51,998 nt of DNA from Jimgerdemannia flammicorona (taxonomy: Eukaryota), in assembly GCA_003990765.1 (NCBI GenBank), contig RBNJ01000022.1:1-51998 (forward strand), written 5' to 3'. Position 1 is the first letter of the stretch. Every line of letters starts with the position of its first letter. This document shows positions 36,721 to 51,094 of this stretch, in pieces. Position numbers and translations under genes: made by a program. A model generated the notes under the pieces. That model saw only the letters and a program-made list of their open reading frames with translations. It searched no databases and was not told the DNA's origin.

Positions 36721-39610
36721 GGTGAGAGCGGGGAGAGCAGTGAGGACAGAGGGAGGATCTGGGGAAGAGTAGCAAGAAGAAGACAACAATTGGAAAAGGG
36801 AATGGGGGATAAAGGTGGATTTGTGAGGGCTATGTTTTTTCTTTGATGCCGGTTCATATTAAGAGGTAGATGATTTACCACGCGCGCAGTCCATTTTTCC
36901 ACAGAGGCAAAGATCGCCGTCGCCGCAGACACCGATCCCTCCACGAAGATCAACGCCACAACCTATCCATCTCTTGTGCGATCGTAATGCTGACCGCGAA
37001 CGTAGGGCCAATTCCATTTCCGTGTACGGAGGTCGCTCCTTTCCGAACGCCTTCGCCCCGCCTTAACACCTGGGGCATCGCTCTACGGCCTAAATTTTCG
37101 TGATGGCTTACGCCATGCGAAGATTTTATCATTCGGCTCTATCCTACAAAAAATCCTACTTAATTCTTTGTCGTAAATGCCAGTTCAGTGCTCCTTGGAG
37201 CACCGTTCTGACATTTACCCTACTTTTTAAAAGATAAAAAATAAAAATATAATGGAAAATAAAATCTCATCATTCCAATCGTAAAATTCCAATTTGACTG
37301 GAATGTGCAGCTTTAAACGTTCCTCTATCCCGCTCCCCCTCCCTCATTGCACTCATGCCGCCGCATACGAAGGCGAGACGTTGCCGCTGCACACCGCGCG
37401 GCTCTTCTCGATGCATTTTCTGCTTCATAGGACCACTTCTATAGCCTTGCATACGTGCACGTGTCTGGGCCACAGAGCATTCTCGACGGTCCCACAAAGT
37501 TCATCGAAATACCAAGTTGGCATCCTCCGCCATCGCTGTATTTAAATACATCATCCAATCTTCGACTATCGGCGTCGTTTCCGCACGAACCAAAACACGC
37601 CTTCTACAACTGGACCGCAGCCTCCGGCACTCGGAAAAGATCTTGGCGTACCCTTTTCTCGTCGTAATTTTTATGCAGCGCATTGCTCCCTGCCCCATGA
37701 AATAAGCAACATCCTGCCGGGCAAAACGGGATGGGAATTTAGATTTCGATTCGCATCCATTCAATTCTGACACATTCTCACAACTGATGTCTTTAGTCCC
37801 TCGTAGAGAATGGCTAAAGTTCGTCGATTGGAAGGTGGCCTTGTTCGCTTACAAAATATAACACTGCCATGCTGCCAATATGATATGGCTCGATAACTTG
37901 GATCCTTTCTCGTCGAGTAGCTCTGAGATTATGCAATTTTATGCAGGCTAAAAACAGCATATGTCGCACTGTGCTCTAGTTCGCAAAGTTGCAGAATGGC
38001 AGTAGCTCATAACATTGGCCCTGGAATAGGGACGTGAGTCAGGCGACCATTGACAAAAGGTGTCATAGTCAAAGACGGAAAATAATTTTGTTTTTTTTTT
38101 TTGGGTGGGCGTGATTCCACTTAGAATTACCGCCACTCGGTTGCCACAGCAGTTTGAAAGGGTGTGCCAAACTAATACATTCAGATATATATAACTAAAA
38201 AAATATTTGGATAAAATTATGTTGTAAAGTTCCATGCTCAATTTTTTTTTTTTTTTTTACGATTTCTGCAGACGAACAAGAGCCAAGACACAATAGAAAT
38301 CCGAGTCAATTGCCGAGGTATAAGTTCTCGAACATATTACATTTCCTCCAAATGTTATATTCCCAATGAGTAATACCGATTAGCGGCTTAAAGCGTTTGC
38401 GTCATATCGCTCACGCCACCCCCCGCTTGCCTCTTGGCATATACACAATGTCTCAATGAAAACAGCTTAATTTTTGGACGATTTCAAATATAGTCAAAAG
38501 ACATACGTATACAAAGAATGTTGTAAAGTCTACAGGTAACTAGTGTCTAGGGTCGCTTCCTTCGTGCGCTATCATTGGGATATTTTCGATGACGTCCAGC
38601 TTGTCCCAATAATAGAGTTACTTTTTTTTTTTTCCTGTTTTGGCTGAAATTAAGGATCGAGAGTGACGACATCCACCCTTTCAAGAAAACATTTATAAGT
38701 TCAGAGTGTTGCCCTTATCGATATTAAAAATTCTGAAAAGTGGAATGATGCCAAGGGCTTATATCTACATTGAATGGCAAAGTGTCTTCATATATTTCAA
38801 ACAATCTGACGAACACTTTTGGAAGCTAATGTACTATATATCCAACACATAGTCCTGCAATTCGCTCAATGAACTAAAGACTAAAGATACACAGGTATTT
38901 ACCCTACGTTCCAGGCACTTTTCGAAGGTGCATAGCAACTTGTCGTGCTTGGGAATTCGGCCTGATGTTGGTGTAATTTTGCGCCACGGGAATGGTAATC
39001 AAATAGGAGAAAATAATAGAAGGAGGTCAATTCTATAGATCGTAGTGCGTCGTTAGGGATTATATTCTGTGGTTGAGTGATTTAATAGCAATGAATTGCG
39101 ATTTAGTGAGGTTGGTTAATGAATATTAAGTCAAGTCCTGATAATTTATCATTCTTTTCTCGCACACTGCCTTGACTCCTTCCCAACACTCTGCCCCACA
39201 CGAAATCCAACTTATCAGCATACCAAGTCCCTAGAGTAAATGCACCCTCTGGGCTGTTTTGCTGTGTTGCCGAGTCGCCGTGTTGCCGTGTCTCCGTATC
39301 GCCGTGTCGCCATATGTTGGGTAAAAATGACGGATTTCGTCGCCGAGTGATGCGAACCCTGACTGTCTTTGGCCGTAAGGATGTTGAGCTTTGTTGACGC
39401 ACTGCTTTTGTTAGCCTAGTGGAGTTGAAATGAAGGATGTATAATAGTGAGTAATAAATACGTCTTTAACTGAACAGGAAGGATTACGAGATCATCGTGA
39501 AGGAAACGAACTACACGTTCGTCACGTTGCGCAGTGACGTGAAGGCCAGGAACCAATTGCACTTACTTAATCGCTCTCCATAAGGCCGCTTCATTTTTGA
39601 TATATATAAA

Positions 39611-39666
39611 CGGGCTCGCCCTTGCTTAAGGGATTCATCAGTTGGCTTTAAAGCAACCATGACCGG
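39611..39666 (-). ncRNA. Second, more degenerate type III hammerhead ribozyme-like motif
   Basis: The minus strand reads ccggtc atggttgctttaaagccaa ctgatga atcccttaagcaagggc gagc ccg, homologous to 35236-35292. G12 is kept but GAAA reads GAGC. Confidence 0.7.
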
Positions 39667-40924
39667 CAACGTGGCCGGTTACAGGGTAAGTTAGTTAGAG
39701 TTTTTGGCAAAAACCCATTTGGTTTCCAGATCACTAAGAAACAAACCCCAAGGGATTTTCATTCGCCATGTTTTCGCAACGCGCCAAACTTGCCAAAACA
39801 TCAATAGCGAAGTACACGAGTCGCACTTCGATTGAATAACAATCGTTCGTACTTTTCACCTCCAGTACGCTCCCCGGCAGTTGCGAATAGCCGGAGATAT
39901 ACCTCCCCATGCTAACACGCGCACAATGGATCACCGTGTATACACCAATTGTCACACGCTCCACCTATACGTGCATGACACGTACAATCGTTATTACCTA
40001 GAGTGCACACTAGTGTTATCTTCAGTCTCCACCATTCTTGAAGTCATTTTGGTCAAGATGCTTTGGCCGCAATGTACTCTTCTTTTCACCGCAAGTAGTG
40101 GCGGCAGGTCTTTTGAAGAGAGTATATCATGAGTAAAGGAATGGAAACGACTCTTGTCAGTCGAGAGACGGTGGGTGGGTTATGGAAACATGGTCAAATT
40201 ACTCCAGGGACTATAGGCGTATTGACGTTCTTTGTCCTTCTGTCCTTCATACTCCGATGCGCACGAAAGGAAAGAAATGGGCTTACGCGTAGAGTTGTTG
40301 AGAATATAAAGAGGCTAGGGAAGCTTGCCGATCGCGGTTGGGATCTAGGGTCGGAGTGTTAGAATAAGAGTGGGTTCAAAGGGGGAATGAGAGAGTTCCG
40401 TCGCGTGTGCGTGTGTGTGGGTTATCGGGAATTTGCCATGATCACATCATATTATTGATGTAGCTGCGGAATGACAACCCATCGCGACCTCATCTAATCA
40501 CATTATATTTTTAGTCCTGTGCAGAACGAATTAAATATTCACGAATAATCGACACATCACCCCCAAAATTACAGATATCCCGCCACAGCCCACGGGCGCA
40601 ATTGCTTGGGAAGACATGCAGACATGAGTCGCCCAGTTTCTCGGACCATGAGGTGTTGCTCGCACCCGTGAACAGACGGGTTATTTGGAATTTCGTGCAG
40701 AGTACGAAATAATGAATTTCCCACTCGTGTGAAACTAAACATAACGCTTATCTGTGCATGTATACCAACATACTGCTGGATAAAAGCATCCGACAAACGG
40801 CGGAAAATTAATTTGACTGAGCAACATCATCGACTGAAAGTTTAAGATTGGCTTTTGTTAGGAAACAGATCCTTAACCAATCTACTCTACTCATTATTTG
40901 TTCTCTACACCTAGCGTCATCTTT

Positions 40925-40955
<31 letters not shown>

Positions 40956-42499
40956 CTTTTCTTATGTAAACGTTATAATCAGCCCACTTCCTACGCACGA
41001 ACATTTCATGTTATATTTGATCCTACTTTAAAAACTCGGTAATGTGTATGACATCCATAATTTCAACTTGGCATTCTGAATTTGCGATTCAATTTTAGGT
41101 TCTGAGAACATTAGACCACGAATATTTGGAAATTTTTTGTTGTATTCGCCTGAATGATAATATTGCCCATTATCTGGTGGTAGTTATGAGTGCGTCAAAT
41201 CCAAGTTGAGCTAAGATATTGATAGTTTTGATTTGAACGCGGCCTCGTGTAATGAACGGGAAATTTTCTCATGCCATGACCGGTGGAGTATTATTCAAAA
41301 AATTAAATCTGGAGTGTAAATCGTATCTATTGGGTAAAGGAAGATGCAAAGGAGCCGCGCCTCGCACCAAGCGGGAAGATTTATAAAATGTATTTTTACT
41401 GTGGATGGATTAGAGAATATATTTTCAACAGAAGAAAAAGGGTAGGGCGCTATTGACTGCCCATTTTGAACCTCGATATTCTTTTGAAAGAAAGAAACTA
41501 AATTTGCCTTTACGAATTTACTAGATTGTCAACCGGCTGACCCTATAATATGACATATGGCCACTATATATCCCGAAAATCCTTTACTACGATTACACTG
41601 GCCTCGAAAAATCATGACTACAAGCGGCGTAAAGTCATAGTTTTTATTTTCGGTGATTGGGGTACAGGGCGGCCAAGAAACGACTGCCTGCGGCGTCGCT
41701 AGTCGATATATCGTGTCGATATGCACCGCAAGGTGCAAGTGGGAATCACCGCATATATAATTTTCTCCACCTCCACCCAAGCACCACAGACCCGACAATT
41801 CACAACTGTCATCCACCTCTTATCCAGTGTTCTGACACCCAAGCGAGCCTCCACTGGCTGCTCCAACGACGCGAGAACATATGTACGCTGCTCCTCCGTC
41901 GGCCTCGCATCGCTTGTCTCCCGCGCCGCCGGCGCCATCGCCTCCGCCGATCCAGGGACGTCGCGGCTCACCGCGACGAGGTCGAATTCCTGGAACAAGT
42001 CAAAGACGAGGAGGGCCTTGAATAAATACGTTAAAGAATCACCCATTCCATCAACGCAAAAATGCACCCTCATCTCATTGAACCTTGGTGGAGCGGGTGT
42101 GGCCTCCAGGTTTAGCTGGGCATGTACCAGATTCTACGACGGCATCTCAAACTCGACATTATCTGTGTTAACGAGTACATGCAGTTGTAAACTCAACAAT
42201 TAACATAAGGCTCACGAAATCTTCCATTGCCCGACGCGGACTAACAAAAGCAACCAACCCACGAACTGACATCGGCTCATCCGTAGTCCTTTCTTCGTCA
42301 ATCCCATCGCTAGTGTCTGCAGATTGGGACTCACGAACGAGAGCATCAACGCCTTGTCATGAACCCAATGAGCCACGAGTTAAAAAATAACACAAAAGTG
42401 GTAAACTGCGGCACTGCGGTACCCTTTTCCTCTGTCATTATTAATATTATTATTATGTTTTCCACACCGAGCTACACCAAAAATCTTCCCTCTCAACCA

Positions 42500-43170
42500 T
42501 AAATATCCTCACTGGCCGCCCGAACAGGTGCGCGAGGTGCTTCAATACCAATGTGCACCATCCGCTCCATTCCTCGACCTATTTACCAGCTCATTGGTCT
42601 GCACAACCTGGAATGACGAGGCCCGAAAACTTTTCAGTGAGGACACGCTCTTCGAACTGCTTTGCGGTTTCTGCGATTACAAAATGGGAGCCGCCGGAAT
42701 CAACCAGATGGCCAAACTGATCAAACTTTTGAAGGTTATGCGGCCATCCTGGCACTCCACCAACCATATCACCATTGTGGCGAGCTTCACTATGGACATA
42801 TATGGTTTCTTCGACCATATCAAAACCTTCACACTAACACCAATTCTGCCGCAAGCTTCCACCCCGTCACCAGCTTCATCTCCTCCCAGTCCACCAACCT
42901 AAAGATATTCCACCTCAATGCCATACTTATCGACGGTCCTATTTCCTGCGCGCTGCGCGCTGCACCTTTGCACCCAGATCTGCATGCCGTCCCTCTCTGA
43001 TTCCTTCATGGCTGCAGCTAACGAGATTGTGGTGCTTTCTGAACAATCCAAATACCAACGCCCCAAAGATCACCGACGAGCTGAGAAAATCGTGCCCGTC
43101 AGTCAGGTTACCGTCGTAGTGCCTGGGGAACTGTCTGGGTTCGCGGATGAACTCCGAGGGACGAGATGAC
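42500..43170 (+). pseudogene. F-box-like protein remnant
   Basis: WPPEQVREVLQY...DLFTSSLVCTTWNDEARKLF matches the F-box pattern LP.E+...+...DL...SLVC+.W...A. Downstream frames are broken. Confidence 0.55.
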
Positions 43171-44637
43171 GCAGTTGGATAGACATTATATTGGATGGTA
43201 TTGAGGCGGGATGTGCGCCTGGTGGGATTAGTGCTAGTTTGTGGGAAGAAAAGAACTGGAGCATATTCAATTTGTTGACGTGAACGTGACCATCCAAGTA
43301 ACCATCTTGATGTAAAATTCTTTTAACAGATAGCTAAGACTGACGAAATAATTTCGTCGAGAATCCCGTTGTGACAAATTACAATAATTTGAAATATAAT
43401 AAGAGCTTACAATGTTCACTTACATTAGTGTTTTTTTTTTGGGGTGTGGGAAGGGTTGGTATTTTATTACCTTCACTACATGCTCCTAGTTGTATTTAAA
43501 AGCCAGAGTGGACTTAATAAGGTCAGAGCACACCAAAATTAACAACAGGACCGAATTTATTCTGAACATGACGTGATAACTGCGTTGATGGCCAAGTTGG
43601 CCATTAGCGGCTCCGTTGCAACCTGCATAAACGCGCTTACAGGCCCTGCCTAAACCTGTGTTTCTTCTTTCCCGAACAACTCAAAAGAGCTCACCTCAAT
43701 CCAACCATGCACGTCCGTCGATGTCGGCACATGTTGCAAGAAGCAAAATCATGGGGATTTATAAATTCTTTCTCCGATCACCCACGCCCTGCTATATTCC
43801 AATTCCTTTTCCACCCACTGGTACAGTCTCGCCAGCCCCAACCCTGACAAGGCGGTCAAAAGTCCACTCCGTGCTTCTTGCGATTCCAAAGGGCAGGGAG
43901 ATACCGAGGCGAACTCTTCTCGTGCAGAAATGCACGCCCTTTCTCTGCTCGAGGAGGTTCCTAACATCGGGAAACAACATATATACAATGCTCATGTGCA
44001 TAAGGTTTTTTTTTTTTTTTTTTTTTTAAATATTACCTTAAAAATTTTAAATGTGGTTTTTTTTTATTTTTTACTAAAAAAAAAAAAAATTTTTTTCTTC
44101 AACAATACTGTTGTGGCCTCCTGCCTGGAGAAAATAAATCGTGGTTTGTCAGTGGGTGGGTTTAGTGGTTGGGGCGATGTATATACACTAGAATATGAGG
44201 AAAATTTCGAGCGGATTTACAGTTGGTGCATCACTCACCCAGTGTCTTGGAATTCTGGAACAAGAATAATACTGAGGCCGCGTCTGGGTGTCTTTCAGTT
44301 TTATTGATAAGCCCTTTTTGGGGTTACCAGAGGACTTTGTGGCTGTGGTGGCAATTTCGAGTCAGCCGGGTTTGGAAACCACAGTGATGGCCTTTGCATT
44401 CTAAAGTTGGCATGAATGTGGAAAAAAGACTGGAGCGATTTCATTCTGGTCGACAGTCGCAAAAACCACTATAGCCGGCGTCTGCACTAATTCAACAATA
44501 ACAACCAAAAGTGTAAGTATATTGAGTGTCAAACATGATGATTTATTATTATTTTGATGTTCAATCGGGATACAGATTTAAATACATTTTATATTCCGGA
44601 CAGCAGCCAAGATATGAAGGATTAAGGGTAGGGGTTT

Positions 44638-47600
44638 GTGACATGTTCCATTTAAGCATTCTGTATAGCTCAAGTGATGCTCATCTTTAAAGGACTAGTC
44701 AAGGAAAAGAAGTCTGAGTACTCATTAATAGTGGAGCAGCTGACAACTTCATCAATCAGAACCTTATCAAAACCATCAAGATCTTTACCTAGCCTATATC
44801 CAGAAATGAAGGAGTAGTTACAGAAGATGGTACCCTATACTCTATTGAGTCAATTACTACCAAAATACCCATCAAGATCTAGAAATATTAGAAATGAGTT
44901 GATTTTGAGATTACACCTCTAGAAGATCATAATCTGATCTTAGAAGACCCTGGCTCACCAAGCACAATCTGAATATTGATTGGTGTAAGAATGAAGTTAC
45001 CCTATTATAAGATAAAGCCAACATTACTATCAAGTCAGATAAGTCAGAAAACAAGACTCAGATTACTATCTTATCAGTAATATAATACAAAAAGATACTC
45101 AAGAAAGTTCTATATACTTTTATTACTACATATTGTTTGTCTCAAGAAATAAGACAAAAAGTCATTAATTAATAAAAGTATTAAGTTATTGCTAGAAGAG
45201 TTCAAAGATATCTTTTTAGATATACTCTCTGGTCTACTACTTATGTATACAAGAAGTAGACTATGAAATTGAACTGACTCCAGAAGCCATACTACTCAAG
45301 AAGTATATATACTATATATCACTTTTCAAGATAGAAGTAGTTAAGAAAGAAATAGAAGAACTACTTAACTGAGAAGCTATCTAGTCTAGCAAGTCTTCTT
45401 ATAGATTACTAGTCCTTTTTATTAAAAAAGAATAGAATCCTAGAAAGGTACATAGACTACTATATACTCAATAAGCTTACAGTCAAGAACTAATATCTAC
45501 TATCAGATCTTTAATGCTCTCAAGAATGCTAAGTATTTCACCAAGCTAGATCTTATATCTAAATATTACCAAATTTGAATTAAGCTAAAAGATATCCCAA
45601 AGACTACTTTTATGATCTTTTTTAAACTCTTTGAATTCCTAGTTCTAGTATTTGTTCTTATATATATATATATTTATAATATTCCAGACCCTCATAAATA
45701 AGATATTTAATGATCAATTTTTTATTTTCTTATTGGTATATCTTGATGATATTCTGATCTTTAGTATAACTAAAAAAGAACACCTTAAGTATATCTGCTT
45801 TATTTTGAAAATTATACAAGAATCCAAATTATATAACAAATTTAAGAAATATGAATTCTTTAAGAAATAAGTCAAATATCTTGCTATATTATCTCTGCCC
45901 AAGGAATCCAGGTATATCCATATAAGATAAAGGTAATCTAAAAATAGTCTAAGCTAGTAAATCTCATAAAATATAGATCCTTTCTTGACTCAGTTAACTA
46001 TTACTACTACTTTGTCAGCAACTTCTCTGAGATTACTAAGGCTCTCATAAATCTAATAAAGCAGATAATATACTCAGAGTATTATATACTTTATATCTAG
46101 GACTTCTTTTGTCAATAAGTACTTCAAGAACTCAAAACCATCTGATCAATACTTCAGTACTATAAAATCCTAATTTAATCCTAGAATTTACAATTACTAC
46201 AGATGTCTCAAATTTTGCTATTGAAGTAGTCTTATTATAAAATAATGGAAAAGAATACTATCTTATTACCTTTGAGTCATAAAAACTATTACTAGTAGAA
46301 TAGAAGTTAGCAACTCATGAAAATAAATTACTAATAATTATATATATCTTAATTATTAAAGATAATATCTAGAAGAGATTGAGTTTGATATCATTACTAA
46401 CTATCAGTATCTAAAATATATCAATATCTAATCTACTCTATTATATCAATAAGCTAAGTAGAGCTAGAATTATTAAATCTTCAATCTGATAATTATCTAT
46501 AAGTCAGATAAGATACTTATAGTATTAGATGTCTTATCAAGATATTCAGACCTTATCACAGTCATATAAGTTATCTTAGTACTAGAATTTCTAGACCAAA
46601 TCAGATAAGCCTATAAGGAAGATATTGTAGCTACTAGAGTTTTCTCAAATAAGCTCAAGAATATATATATATACTCTTAAGGATAATCTGATCTAATATT
46701 AAGACAAAGTTTACCTATCTGACAATTTACAACTTTGCTATAAGATACTATAAAATACCATAACTCTCTACTTGCTAGTTATCTTAGAATTCAGAAAATA
46801 ATTAAAAATTTTCAATATTACTACTACTAACTCAATATTATCAAGAAAATCAAGAACTATATTGTTAATTGTGACATTTGCCAATATAATAAACCTAGTA
46901 ACCAAGTACTAGCTAGTCTACTCTAACTACTTCTAATTTCTATCAATAAGTTTAAATAAGTTACAATGGACTTTATGATATAACTACTTCAAACCAAGTC
47001 TAGTATTGATGTTATTATTATATTTATTAACTATCTGACCAAGGCTATGATTGCTGAACCTGCTACAACCAATACTACTACTCCTGAGATTACAAGAATC
47101 TTCTTCAAGTCTATCTTCTATTATTATAATATATCATGAGTTATAGTCTATAATCAAGACCCCAAGTTTATCAGTTACTTTTGGTAAATCCTCTTCAAGA
47201 CTCTGGGTATACAAATTGTCATACATATCTACTGTCTTCAACTCTCAAACTAATAGACAAACTGAGCATATGAACAGAACACTTGAACAGATGCTCAGAA
47301 ACTATATTTTCTATAAGTAAGATAATTAGTACCACTACTTGATATTTGCTGAATTTATATATAATAATACCATTCAATTATCTACTGGTCTTTTCCCTTT
47401 CTGGCTACTTCATTATTAAGATCTCAAGACCACTATAAGTCTAGTCTCTTTTCAGAAAACTAGTCAAATACAAATCTTTACCATTAAGAACCTTATAGAT
47501 AAGATAGATAAACTACTCAAGATTACTACTACAAACTTATAGAAGACTCAATAACATCAAGTTAAGTATACTGATAAGAAATACTATAATGTTACCTATA

Positions 47601-48060
47601 CTATTGATGATCAAGTCTTTCTGTTAACTAAGAATCTCAAGATATAATTACATATTAACTATCTAACAAATAAGTTATAACCTAATTTTATTAGACTCTT
47701 TGAGATTATAGAACAAGTCTCTATAAATGTCTATCATCTCAAGTTATCTGAAACTATGAGAGTATACCCAGTTTTCCATATCTCACTTCAAGGACTAGAA
47801 CCAGTCACTACTCTACTCTGGTCAAATTTTTAAGCCTTCTACTCCTATAATTATTGAAAACCATATTAAGTATAAAGCTGAGAAAATTCTTAACAAATGG
47901 ATCCACTACTACTGATCTGAATATCTGGTCAAATGGATGGGCTACTCTAAATATGATACTATCTGAGAACTACTAATCAATCTCAAGAATGCTCAAGATC
48001 TTATACATATAAGACTTTGAAGCAAAAATACACATCTCTACCTATCTAAAGCTTAATGTA
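44638..48060 (+). mobile_element. Heavily mutated chromovirus-type Ty3/Gypsy pol relic (PR end, RT, RH, IN, chromodomain)
   Basis: PWLTKHNLNIDW, LVYLDDILIFS (~45730), TTDVSNFAI, CDICQ, VTMDF, QTEHMNRTLEQMLRNY, and chromodomain YKAEKIL...EYLVKWMGY (47871-47995). Very dense stops. Confidence 0.88.
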
Positions 48061-49960
48061 CTTTTATGTATAGATGTAATTACTACTAGTGAGCTTACTC
48101 AGAATAACAAGAGTTTCCCCCTGAGTGATTTAAACCTCTAACTACTAAGTCTTCAGTTCTTGTCATATATGAAATAACCAACTCTTATCTCAGAAACTTA
48201 ATAAATATAAAAGAAACTATACTAAATAAGACAAAGAACTCCTTACAGTTATTCAATATCTAAGATATAGAGACACTTCCTCTTTGATAAAATATTCATC
48301 TTATAGACTGACTATCAAGCTCTTTGATATATTTAAACACAGCTAATTCTCACAGAAAGACAGATCTAATGAGAGCAGATCTCTGCACTATTCAATATCA
48401 AAATCAAGTACATCACTGGAACTGAGAATGAAGTAGCCAATATACTCTCTCAAAGTGCTCAGAAAGATGACCTCAGTATAATCAGTAATATTGTTATCAG
48501 TCTATTTGAAGAAGTTAAGAAAGAGTATACCAAAGATACCAATATATAAGAAATTATCACACAAATCCTTAAAGAAGACAGTAATATTATGAAAAAGGTC
48601 TATAAGAATATATCTATCCAAAATAGATACATATATATACCTTAACAATACAAGAATCTGGATCTCAGATACTCTTATCTATTTATAAATACTATAAGAA
48701 CTACATAATATACCTATAGTTAGATATATGGATTTTGATAAGATATATCAATATATTATCTGAGACTTCTACTGGCCAAAAATAATATCTGATATCAAGA
48801 ATTATATTATATTCTGTAATGTCTGCCAAAGATATAAGCTCAGTAATCAGGCACTAGCTGGTACTTTACAACTACTACTAATCTCTACCCAGAATTAGGA
48901 CTATATATATTAGAATGGACTTTATTATCTAATTGCTAAAAACTAAGAAGAGAAGAGATACAATTGTCATTATTATTGATCACCTCAGCAAGTAGACCTA
49001 CTTTATAGTAATAACTACTACTATAATAGTACCAGAAATAGTATAACTATTTGTTGACAATATATTCTATATTTATGAACTATTCTTAGTAATCATCTTA
49101 GACTGAGATGTGAAGTTTATAAGTAATTTTTGGCAAACACTCTTCAAGAGCTTAAGAGTGTAATTGAAAATATCTACAGTATACTATCTATAAATAGATA
49201 ACTAGATAGAAAGAACAAATCAAATATTGAAGCAGATACTTAGCATCTATTATAGTTACAAGTAAAATTATTAAAATGAAAAACTGACTCTAACTGAATT
49301 CACATACAATAACAGCCTAAGTGTAAGTATCAAAATGATGCCATTTTACTTGAATTATAGATAATATCTACAGACTTCTATAGTTGCCACCTGAACTATA
49401 GTATCTATAAAATAAGAAATCACTGATACTTTAAAAGGTAATATTCAGCAAGTATAAGATACTCTCATAGAAGTACAAAGAATACAAATAGTATCTACTG
49501 ATAAAAATAAAAGAGAAGTTACTTATGAAATAGGAGAACAAGTATTATTCAGTACTTAGCACCTAACTCTGAGTAATATAGATCTCTCAAAAAAAAGCTT
49601 GGACTCTGCTATATTGGACTATTTAAGATTTCAAAAAAATAGATCTGTTGTATATACATTAGACCTTTCAGTAATATTAGAAAGAATTCACCCAGTGTTT
49701 CATATATGTATCTCAACTTCAGCCATATATTCTAAATACTTTCAAAAGAAGAACTGTGCCATCTCTAGATCTAGTAATTATTTATCAGCAATCAGAATAT
49801 AAAGTCAACCATATTCTAGATCACAAGGATCACTGATTTAAATAAGCTTCCAAGCTCATAAAATGGAAAATATACTCTAAATATGATCTTATCTAGGAAA
49901 AAGAAGATAATCTTTTACCAAATACAGAAGAAATAGTAACTCAATATAGAAATCTGGTAT
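48060..49960 (+). mobile_element. Second, different chromovirus relic (RH end, IN, chromodomain)
   Basis: TDYQAL, GTENEVAN, CNVCQ, MDF, ERTNQILKQIL, EFTYNN, IHPVFHI, and chromodomain-like EYKVNHILDH...LIKWKIYSKYD (49795-49920). Confidence 0.8.
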
Positions 49961-51094
49961 AATGGAAATTCTGATAGAATTTTCAAAAGACAGTTATACC
50001 CCTAAATAACTCTATAAAGAGAAGTATAAATATTCTAAACAATTTTACATAGACTATCTACCCACTTCTCTCCAATATGAGTACTTAATAATAACACTAA
50101 GAACAAGTTAAGAATAAGATTACTACTGCTGTCCTAAGAGTAATTGAATATTAATAGAATTCTACTAACTTACTATTTGTCAATATTTGAATCTCTAGAG
50201 ACTCTGATCCAAATGAAGCTCAACAATATCTTAGAAGGATATAATATTTTCACACTTTCCACTTTCCACTATCAACAAGAACTTAAGAAATACTATATAT
50301 AAGATAGGATATCTCATCTATCAATAAGCTACCATCAGTGCCACTAAATAATAAGTCTATCTTTTCATCAACAACTATATCTATATAGTTACCAAGAGAC
50401 TCTATGTCCTTTTCTATACTATTCTTAACTATCTCTGTGAGTATCCTGAGAATATTACTAATTTGAGTAATAAACAATAGAGCAAAATTATTTTTCAAAT
50501 AGTTCAGTATACTGCTCTCTAGTTTGATAAATACCTCAAGTTTAGTACTGAGTCTAATGAGTAGACTTAAGTAAAGAAAGGAAGGATATAATGAATTATT
50601 ACAAGTCTCTGAAAATTCCTATGGAAATTTCTACAAAAACAAAATTTTTTATAGAATTTCCAACTAGTAGTCATAGTTACTCATAATAGTGTAACTATAT
50701 ATAAATATATCCAGTATATTATATTTAGTCATAATCTTGAATATATATAAATACTCTCTATACTGAGTATATTATAACCTCAGCTATACTTTCTTTATAT
50801 ATAAGAGTAAAGTAGTATTTTTATTATAAACCCTCAGATCTGACTTATTAATAATTCTGAGCCTAATCAACTTGAAATGCAAGCATGGCTATCCCTACCC
50901 ATATAAGAACCCAAAAGCAATACCTGAACTCTGCTATATTATATAACTTAGAACTTAGTACTTTCTTAAGAATTCAGAACTTAGAGCCAATAGTCATCAT
51001 TGATTATCTACAATATATTAATTCTATTAGTATATAGTTTTATTATATTTGAGACTATAACTAAATATAGTATACTAGATATATCTATATATAG

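Noticed and set aside
41657-42203. Overlapping ORFs of 122-160 aa
   Set aside because: No recognisable domain or consistent splice model; cannot decide which frame, if any, is real.
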